Source: Bacteroidota bacterium (lineage in GTDB: Bacteria; Bacteroidota; Ignavibacteria; Kapaibacteriales; Kapaibacteriaceae). From it: a DNA stretch of 64,000 nucleotides. Positions 42,453-49,256 of the stretch are shown here, in pieces (positions within the stretch are counted from its first letter, which is position 1; the number at the start of each line of letters is the position of its first letter). The stretch covers positions 6,509-70,508 of the forward strand of contig JBEAYU010000072.1 in the NCBI GenBank assembly GCA_041170435.1. Reading direction: 5' to 3'. Position numbers and translations under genes: made by a program. The notes below the pieces were generated by a model. That model worked only from the letters and a program-made list of their open reading frames with translations. It did no database searches and was not told where the DNA came from.

Positions 42453-43556
42453 ATGAATCCCATCCTCCTTCTATCTGCACTGGCGTATCTGACGCGGCTG
42501 AGCTATTTCTGGCTTGGACAGTTGCGAAGTCAGCGGGTTAGCCCGACAAATGACGTCTCGCATGCCGCGGTATCGGTCATCGTGCCGGCACGCAACGAGG
42601 AACGCAACATCTCTGTGTGCATCGAATCACTCGTCAACAGTGACTACCCCGCCTCTCTGTTGGAGATCATCGTGGTGAACGATCGCAGCACGGACGGCAC
42701 TGCAGCCATCATCGATCGTCTTGCATCCGAGCACTCGCAGGTGCGCGCCATTCACCGCACTGAATCTGACGCGCGAGACAACCTTCGTGGCAAGCCCGGC
42801 GCCTTGCAGTTCGGGATCGATCATTCTGCCGGAACGCTCATCCTCATCACCGATGCCGACTGCCGCGTCCACCCTCAGTGGATTCGCACCATGGTGCGCC
42901 CCTTTACCAATCCGCAGGTGGAATTGGTTGCGGGCTTCACGGCCGTGCGACCAGCAGGCATGTTTGCCCGCATTCAGGACATCGAGTGGATCTATACCGC
43001 CAGTATGGCGCAGGCGGCAAACTCCCATGGTCATCCCCTTGGTTGCTACGGTAACAACCTCGCCGTGCGCAGATCGGCCTTCGAAGAGGTGGGTGGTTAC
43101 CGGGGTATTCCGTTTAGCGTGACCGAGGATCTTGCACTCATGCAGGCCATCGACGCCCGCGCAGGTACGATCGTTTTCCTCTGCGAGCCCACGGGCCGCG
43201 TTGAAACCGAGCCCTGCGAAACGGTCGGCGAGTACCTCCGTCAAAAGCAACGCTGGGTGCGCGGCGGGCTGGGTCTTGGTTGGCGGGGCTTCACATTCAT
43301 CGCATCGAGTGTGATCTACTGGATTGGCCTCGTGACGTCGATCATCAGCGGTAACTGGTGGTGGATTGGCACGTTCCTTGCGCTTCGCATGCTTGGAGAC
43401 GGAATCCTCGTTGCAATGTCGGCCATTCGATTGCGCAGATGGTACCATCTGTGGGCCGGCGGCCCCGTGTTGGTTCTCCTTCTTCTGCTCGAGCTACTGC
43501 TGCCGGTACTGGTCATGAAGCGCACGGTGCGCTGGAAGGATCAGTCCTTCAGCTGA
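42453..43556 (+). CDS. Membrane-anchored family 2 glycosyltransferase
   Basis: VSVIVPARNEERNISVCIESLVNSDYP..LEIIVVNDRSTDGT, a DxD-type ITDADC and QRWVRG (the QxxRW motif). TM helices lie at both ends. Confidence 0.85.
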   Translation: MNPILLLSALAYLTRLSYFWLGQLRSQRVSPTNDVSHAAVSVIVPARNEERNISVCIESLVNSDYPASLLEIIVVNDRSTDGTAAIIDRLASEHSQVRAIHRTESDARDNLRGKPGALQFGIDHSAGTLILITDADCRVHPQWIRTMVRPFTNPQVELVAGFTAVRPAGMFARIQDIEWIYTASMAQAANSHGHPLGCYGNNLAVRRSAFEEVGGYRGIPFSVTEDLALMQAIDARAGTIVFLCEPTGRVETEPCETVGEYLRQKQRWVRGGLGLGWRGFTFIASSVIYWIGLVTSIISGNWWWIGTFLALRMLGDGILVAMSAIRLRRWYHLWAGGPVLVLLLLLELLLPVLVMKRTVRWKDQSFS

Positions 43557-43566
43557 TACCTCTGCG

Positions 43567-45102
43567 TCAGTGATGACGTCGACGAGAGATAATGCCGCCC
43601 GATGTGTCCTTGATGGCACTGGCAAAAACAAAGGCATTGGGATCGACTTCAGAGATCAAGTTTTTAAGCTTGCGCAGTTCAAGTCGCGTGATCACGGTAA
43701 AGATGATGTCGCACTGCGTGCTCACGTGAAAGCTCTCCGGCAGAAAGCCCCGTTCGCCCTTATACACGGTAATGCCCCGACCGAGGTTATTGACGAGCTG
43801 ATGTTTGATCTCTTCGCTCTTTGCCGAGATGATCGTCACGCCGGTAAACGCTTCCAAGCCCTCGACCATGTAGTCGATACAGCGCGATGCAGTGAAGTAC
43901 GTCAGGATCGAATACAAGGCCGTCTCGATCCCAAACACGAAGCCGGCGACAACGAAGATCATCACATTGATGGCCAGTATGATCTCGGCGATGGTGAAGC
44001 TTGTTCGGCGCAACGTGTACAGGGCCAGCACCTCGATTCCGTCAAGTGCGGCGCCGGCACGCATCACGAGCCCGACGCCAATTCCGAGAAACGCCCCACC
44101 GAAGACGGCGACAAGGAGTTTATCGCCCGTGGCAGAAACAGACGGGATGACCTCCAGACAAATGCCCAGAAGCAGGACTCCAAAGGACATCCCAATGGCA
44201 AACCGCTTCCCCGCCGAAAGATAACCGGCGATGATCAGCGGCACATTCAATAGGACGATCAGAAGACCAAGTGGCCAGTGATTCAGCTCATGAATCAATA
44301 GCGAGATGCCGGTGACGCCACCGTCGACGAAGTGATTCGGCACAAGAAAGTCCTTGAGCGCGATACTCGCCATCACGACACCGACAATGGTCAGAAGCAT
44401 ATCTCGGCCGTATTCATTCCACAGTGAACCACTGGCAGGGGGCTCAGCACTGACGTGCGTGCCTGTCGACATTTCTGCGTTGAGCTGACGGCGTATGTTC
44501 TCTAGGTTGACAGCTTTCTGAGCATCGAACATCCGGCGCGCCGCGTCTGTATGGTAGGAGTGCTGTGAGATAAAGCCGACCTGCTGTCTACGCCATGCGT
44601 GGTCGGTCAGTTCCGGCTGAGTGATCCGATACTCTTCGTACATACGGTCAGCGTATGATTGATATGCCGCACTTGCAAGGGGTGCTAGATCAGCGTCGCA
44701 CACGACCATGCTTATGTGATCTGTAGGATTTTGGGGAACCTGCGTGCTGCGAATAGCTCGGCAGACCGCCTCGATCGCTTGAACATCGTAACCGAATGAA
44801 GGAAGATTCTCTCGCGCCCACGCACAAGAACGCTCTTCATGTCCTGCGCGCCCATCCCTATACCCCACGTCATGCAAGAGGGCCGCCGTTTGCGCAAGAA
44901 TCATCGAGCGCTCATCAAGACCCTCCGCCTGTGCGATGCGCTCCGCGTCAGCGAGTACCTGCAGGGCATGTTCAGCATTGTGATAGGCATACTCCTTGCC
45001 GATGTGGCGTTGCATGTATGCGATAACGACGTCTTTTAGGTCAAGAAACTGCATTGGTACGTTTGCCAGTAATGATGGATGGTGAGTTCCTAGAAGTATC
45101 AC
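43567..45102 (-). CDS. HD-domain phosphohydrolase fused to a YitT-family (DUF2179) membrane protein
   Basis: The N-terminal roughly 200 aa contain YHNAEHALQV and AALLHDVGY (H...HD). The C-terminal roughly 290 aa contain FVDGGVTGISLLI, five TM helices and the DUF2179-like tail GVTIISAKSEEIKHQLVNNLGRGITVYKGERGF. The GTG start at 45102 overlaps the cyclase stop; an alternative ATG is at 45054. Confidence 0.75.
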   Translation of the reverse strand: MILLGTHHPSLLANVPMQFLDLKDVVIAYMQRHIGKEYAYHNAEHALQVLADAERIAQAEGLDERSMILAQTAALLHDVGYRDGRAGHEERSCAWARENLPSFGYDVQAIEAVCRAIRSTQVPQNPTDHISMVVCDADLAPLASAAYQSYADRMYEEYRITQPELTDHAWRRQQVGFISQHSYHTDAARRMFDAQKAVNLENIRRQLNAEMSTGTHVSAEPPASGSLWNEYGRDMLLTIVGVVMASIALKDFLVPNHFVDGGVTGISLLIHELNHWPLGLLIVLLNVPLIIAGYLSAGKRFAIGMSFGVLLLGICLEVIPSVSATGDKLLVAVFGGAFLGIGVGLVMRAGAALDGIEVLALYTLRRTSFTIAEIILAINVMIFVVAGFVFGIETALYSILTYFTASRCIDYMVEGLEAFTGVTIISAKSEEIKHQLVNNLGRGITVYKGERGFLPESFHVSTQCDIIFTVITRLELRKLKNLISEVDPNAFVFASAIKDTSGGIISRRRHH

Positions 45103-46394
45103 GTGTTCTCTGCTTCACTCGATGCGCCATCAGCCGGTGTTGCATCAGATACAACAAAGACATCGATCTCTCCGCGATTCTTGGCCATCACTGTCCCTGA
45201 GTGCGTGCACGGCACCTCGCCTCGCACGAGTTCGTGCGTCACCGAGCTCATGCTGATACGGTTGACCTGGCCAAGTTGCTGAAGTCTTGCCGCTACATTG
45301 ACAGTGTCTCCCCAAATATCGTAGGCAAACTTCTTCTTACCCACGATGCCGGCGACAACCGGACCGGAGTGAACGCCAATGCGCACGTCAAACCCTGTTC
45401 CGCTCTGCTGCACTTCCTGCTGATGCATCTCTTCAACCACAGCCAACATCTCACGAGCGGCGGCGATGATGCGCAGGGCATGCTCTTCAGACTCGACAGG
45501 CAAACCAGCGACGCACATGTAGCTATCGCCCATGGTCTTGATCTTCTCTATCCCATGCCGATCCATGATCGAGTCGAACCTCGTGAAATACCGGTCGATG
45601 TGCGTGACCAGTTCAGTTGCCGTCATGGTCTGGCTGATGCGCGTGAAGCTGACGAAGTCTGCGAAGAGCACCGATACCATCTCGTAAGCGCGAGGTCGCG
45701 CCACGCCAACAGATTTCAACTCCTGCACGGTAGCTTCAGGAAGAATATTCAATAGAAGACTGTCACTGAGCTCCTGCTCCCTGCGCAGCTCCTCCTGCTT
45801 TTCTTCGAGAAGTCTCAGGGCATCGTTCTTGGTCTGTTCGTAGGTGTTCGTCACAAGAAACATGATGATCACAAGCCCGCTCAATGCCAACGTCAAAAAG
45901 ATGGTGTGAAATGACGGGATGTAGGTAACTGGTATGGATGCGATCGAATCATGCATGAGTACCATCACGATGACGTAGGCCACCGACACCACGACGAAAA
46001 CAATGGCGGTTCGCACGTTGCAGAAGATCAGTGCAAAGATCGCAGGTAAAATGATGAAGGGGGTGACGGGCGACGTGAAGAGTCCGCCCGAAAATGTCAC
46101 AAGGATAATGTTCAGCGCGAGGATAAACGACGCGAAGATCACTCCAAGGAGCCAAATCGAGCGGCCGCTTCGAAGCACAAACGGCAGCGCCGCAAACATC
46201 ACCACCGAGGCAATCATTGCGTAAAGGCCCACCGTGAAGTTGATAAAGTAGCTCATCACTCCGTAGGTGCCGGCAAAGAGGGCAACAATCAGGCTGGTTG
46301 CTACGAAGATCTTGTGACGACGGATGGTATCCGGCCGCTGCGCCAGATCGGCAGGCAGAAAGCTGTCGAGCCAAGCTGAGAGACTTAACTTCAT
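45099..46394 (-). CDS. Membrane-bound class III adenylate cyclase (6 TM plus catalytic domain)
   Basis: VSVLFADFVSFT and KTMGDSYMCVAGLP supply the metal Asp residues and the adenine-specifying Lys. FAYDIWGDTVNVAARL supplies the specifying Asp and the transition-state Asn/Arg. The start overlaps the upstream 7-TM gene stop (ATGA at 46391-46394). Confidence 0.85.
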   Translation of the reverse strand: MKLSLSAWLDSFLPADLAQRPDTIRRHKIFVATSLIVALFAGTYGVMSYFINFTVGLYAMIASVVMFAALPFVLRSGRSIWLLGVIFASFILALNIILVTFSGGLFTSPVTPFIILPAIFALIFCNVRTAIVFVVVSVAYVIVMVLMHDSIASIPVTYIPSFHTIFLTLALSGLVIIMFLVTNTYEQTKNDALRLLEEKQEELRREQELSDSLLLNILPEATVQELKSVGVARPRAYEMVSVLFADFVSFTRISQTMTATELVTHIDRYFTRFDSIMDRHGIEKIKTMGDSYMCVAGLPVESEEHALRIIAAAREMLAVVEEMHQQEVQQSGTGFDVRIGVHSGPVVAGIVGKKKFAYDIWGDTVNVAARLQQLGQVNRISMSSVTHELVRGEVPCTHSGTVMAKNRGEIDVFVVSDATPADGASSEAENT

Positions 46395-47095
46395 GTCGAG
46401 ACACCAACCTTCTGCGATCGTTGCAGCAGGATCAGGTACAGTACATCAAAGAATGCGACCGTCAAGTAGAGTGTGGTCAAGAAGAGATTGTCGGGGTACT
46501 TCGTTTGGAACATCACACTGATGATCCCCGTGCCCACAAATTTTGTCCAGGCCAGCAGCCTCGAGGACTCTTGTGAACCTTTGGACAGCAGGAGTCCGAT
46601 GAATGCAATGGACATGACTACGTTGACGAGGTAGTTGGTTATCACGGCCATCGGCAGGTCATACTGCACCATGAAAGATGAGCACAGGGATATGCTGAAG
46701 ATGAAACTCACGGTGATAAGCCATCCGAAGTTCTGCCTCACGAAGCTTGCTTTGAACTGATCGCGACCGTAACGAAAGAGATTGAGGATGATCACGATAT
46801 CAAGCAACATCCACATCCAATAGGCAAGAACAAGTGCCTTTCCCATGTCCGGTACAAAGAAGATTGCCGCCCCAACCTCTGCTCCGAAATTGCAGATCAC
46901 TGCGGCAACAGGAATGATGAGTTCTTTCTTTCTGAATGCCGCACGCAGAATGATGACGTATGCAATGATCCAGGCCACAGCTCCGATGGTAAAGAGCGCG
47001 ATCTGCCATGGATGGTAGTTCGTCGTGTCAAACCATGGATGCTGACTCTGTAGATACTCCCAGATTGGCATGCTAACCCCGCTGATACGTGTCAT
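46391..47095 (-). CDS. Hypothetical 7-TM membrane protein; possible PaxB/Pyr4-like integral-membrane terpenoid cyclase
   Basis: 234 aa with seven hydrophobic helices. TM1-TM2 read WIIAYVIILRAAFRKKELIIPVAAVICNFGAEVG, and an acidic residue sits in the last helix (AFFDVLYL). An alternative start is ATG 47071. Confidence 0.6.
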   Translation of the reverse strand: MTRISGVSMPIWEYLQSQHPWFDTTNYHPWQIALFTIGAVAWIIAYVIILRAAFRKKELIIPVAAVICNFGAEVGAAIFFVPDMGKALVLAYWMWMLLDIVIILNLFRYGRDQFKASFVRQNFGWLITVSFIFSISLCSSFMVQYDLPMAVITNYLVNVVMSIAFIGLLLSKGSQESSRLLAWTKFVGTGIISVMFQTKYPDNLFLTTLYLTVAFFDVLYLILLQRSQKVGVST

Positions 47096-47109
47096 ATCTC
47101 AACCAGCCT

Positions 47110-48825
47110 TCAGGCCGGTGTGCGTCCGAAACGATGACGCAGAAAGGAAAGAACGGACAGTCCGAATTCGACCAGGCAGTTCATGGGTGGACGCCATGGT
47201 AGCCCCCTATCATAGCGTCGCTTGTCGAGCGCTCTCAGCGCCTGCAGGGCAACTGGCTCGTGGATGTCCCAGACCGCACATTGTTGGGCCCTATTGCCTG
47301 TAGACTCGAGAATTGCATTGACGGCCCGTCGTGCAGCTTCGTTAGCTGCCTCCATGGTGGCCAGGTCCGTATTGGTCCGTACGTAGTCAGAAGCGAGAAA
47401 GAGATTATCGATCGCCGAATAGGCCTCTGGCCGGTCGTCCCATGATCGCACGGTATTGACAAGCAGCGGCTCTTCATTCATCTCGCGTTCGTGCGGCAGC
47501 GCCCTGATATCTCCATCAATATGCCAGTACTCGATCATGTCGTCAGACAAGACAACGGTACCATCCACATTGAGAGCATCACAGAGTTGCTTCCATACCT
47601 CTATGCGGATATCCTCGTGCGAGCATTCGCGGGCGATCTTTCCGTTCGAACCCGGAGTGTCCCATGCCGAAACATCAACCGACAGGATGCATCGTACCCG
47701 ACCGTTGCCGCGTTGTTCGATATTATATCCCGGCCAGAACTGCAGCTGGGATATTGACGTCAGTGCCCACGGGGAATCTGAATAAATGGCATGCCCGTGT
47801 ACGATTGGTCTATCGGTGTTCAGGTAGTACTGCACGCCATTCATCCAGGCCACGCTGGGAGCCAAGCGCACGATTCCCTGTAGGTTGGAATCAAGCGCCA
47901 TCAATTCTTCGGTCATCAGTTTGGCTGCGCGCTCAACCGGAACCGCGAGCACGTAGATGTCGGCTTGAACTTCATGAAGGTGGTTTGAGGAATCCTTGAC
48001 CGTTGCCGATGCGATGGTGGATCCGCCAACGGTGAGCTTCTCAACGGTATGGCCAAGATGAAAGCGCACTCCGCACTGTTCAAGATACTCTCTCCAAGGC
48101 GTGAGCCACGCATCATTCGTTGGTCCATTCAGAACCCTGTCCGTGTGCACTCCCGGACTGGACATGTTGAAGAGCAATTGAAGGAAAATGTTCCCGCCTG
48201 TCTTTGTACTTGCCGAGTGGGCATTGGCGGCAACCAGCGTTCGTGTTAACCCCTGAACAAGCAATGCCCGATAGGTGTCACTGAACCGATCAGCCTGCAA
48301 GAAGTCCCACCAGGCAATTCTCTCGTACTCATCGCGACGCCGCTCCCGGCAGCTGGTCATCAACTGCCACACTCTCTCGGCGAAGAAATCCATCTCCTCG
48401 TCGGAGAGACCGGTATCAGCCGTCAGGTCGCCAAAAAGTACTCTTACGTCTGCGATGGTCTTTGGAAAATTGACGATCGCCGTGAGCGATGGTTTCCCCT
48501 TTCGCGCAACGAGTACCCGATCTGTCGGCGTAAGGTTGTCGAACACGGTTGCAACCTTTCCGTCGGCCCGGCGATAAGGGATGCGTGACATGGTATCTGT
48601 CACGTGACGATAGAAGCCGGGAAAGAATCGGAAGCCGTGCTCTCCCGGAAGAGACCTATCAGCATGCATCTGATTCGTCCCCGGCACATCAACACTGCGC
48701 GCCTTGCCACCGACATACACATGATGCCGGTCATAGACGTCAACAGTGAAGCCCCGCTCAACGAGCTCATGCGCTGCGCTCAGGCCGGCCACTCCGCCGC
48801 CAAGCACAGCAACTCTATGTGCCAT
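47110..48825 (-). CDS. FAD-dependent oxidoreductase, amine-oxidase / phytoene-desaturase-like
   Basis: VAVLGGGVAGLSAAHELVERGFTVDVYD....GGKARS is a Rossmann dinucleotide fold. GEHGFRFFPGFY parallels the PDS/ZDS segment. The ATG at 48825 is preceded by GGGGAGG. The 57-nt upstream extension in the ORF track was not used. Confidence 0.75.
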   Translation of the reverse strand: MAHRVAVLGGGVAGLSAAHELVERGFTVDVYDRHHVYVGGKARSVDVPGTNQMHADRSLPGEHGFRFFPGFYRHVTDTMSRIPYRRADGKVATVFDNLTPTDRVLVARKGKPSLTAIVNFPKTIADVRVLFGDLTADTGLSDEEMDFFAERVWQLMTSCRERRRDEYERIAWWDFLQADRFSDTYRALLVQGLTRTLVAANAHSASTKTGGNIFLQLLFNMSSPGVHTDRVLNGPTNDAWLTPWREYLEQCGVRFHLGHTVEKLTVGGSTIASATVKDSSNHLHEVQADIYVLAVPVERAAKLMTEELMALDSNLQGIVRLAPSVAWMNGVQYYLNTDRPIVHGHAIYSDSPWALTSISQLQFWPGYNIEQRGNGRVRCILSVDVSAWDTPGSNGKIARECSHEDIRIEVWKQLCDALNVDGTVVLSDDMIEYWHIDGDIRALPHEREMNEEPLLVNTVRSWDDRPEAYSAIDNLFLASDYVRTNTDLATMEAANEAARRAVNAILESTGNRAQQCAVWDIHEPVALQALRALDKRRYDRGLPWRPPMNCLVEFGLSVLSFLRHRFGRTPA

Positions 48826-48914
48826 CAGTGTGCCTCCCCATGCGGTCACGTAAGACGAATGAAAATATAGCTTAATCGACAATCCGAAACATCATCGGGT
48901 CCGCGACGTCAGCG

Positions 48915-49184
48915 TTATGATCGTCTCCAGCGTTCCAGGCGTGGTATACTTCGTGTTGCCAGCCATGCAACGAAACCATTGTATCCGCTCTTCTTCATTT
49001 GCTCGATGCAGAACATCTGCATCTTGGCAGGAGTATCAATGAAAGTTGGCGTAAGAAACACGCCACCTTGATAGCACATGGAACAGAACTTTTCACTTTT
49101 TGTTCCGTCGGCTTCAGTCCCACCACCTTGGCGATCCTTTTTCAACGGAAAACCGCAACTCTGACAATACTTGAAGGTTGACAT
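48915..49184 (-). CDS. Putative zinc-ribbon domain protein (Zn_ribbon_2-like)
   Basis: YCQSCGFPL....KFCSMCYQGG gives two CxxC pairs. The overall pattern matches the small zinc-ribbon family from memory. Confidence 0.6.
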   Translation of the reverse strand: MSTFKYCQSCGFPLKKDRQGGGTEADGTKSEKFCSMCYQGGVFLTPTFIDTPAKMQMFCIEQMKKSGYNGFVAWLATRSIPRLERWRRS

Positions 49185-49256
49185 GAAAGCGCTTCCTCAG
49201 TAATGGACGACGAACATATCGAATTGAGCTCTTGTCTTCGATACGTCATCCTTCGG

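Noticed and set aside
42627-43448. 273-aa ORF antisense to the GT2 gene, and the similar 272-aa ORF (37596-38414) antisense to dnaE
   Set aside because: They are fully contained in strongly supported genes and have no recognisable domains, so they are antisense-frame artefacts.
45099-46394. Reading the cyclase operon as a Pycsar/CBASS-like anti-phage system
   Set aside because: The cyclase has the canonical adenine-specifying Lys/Asp pair and a 6-TM sensor-type N-terminus typical of signalling adenylate cyclases. The downstream protein has no cyclic-nucleotide-binding, TIR, patatin or other known effector domain. The module is kept as an unusual signalling operon, not a defence system.
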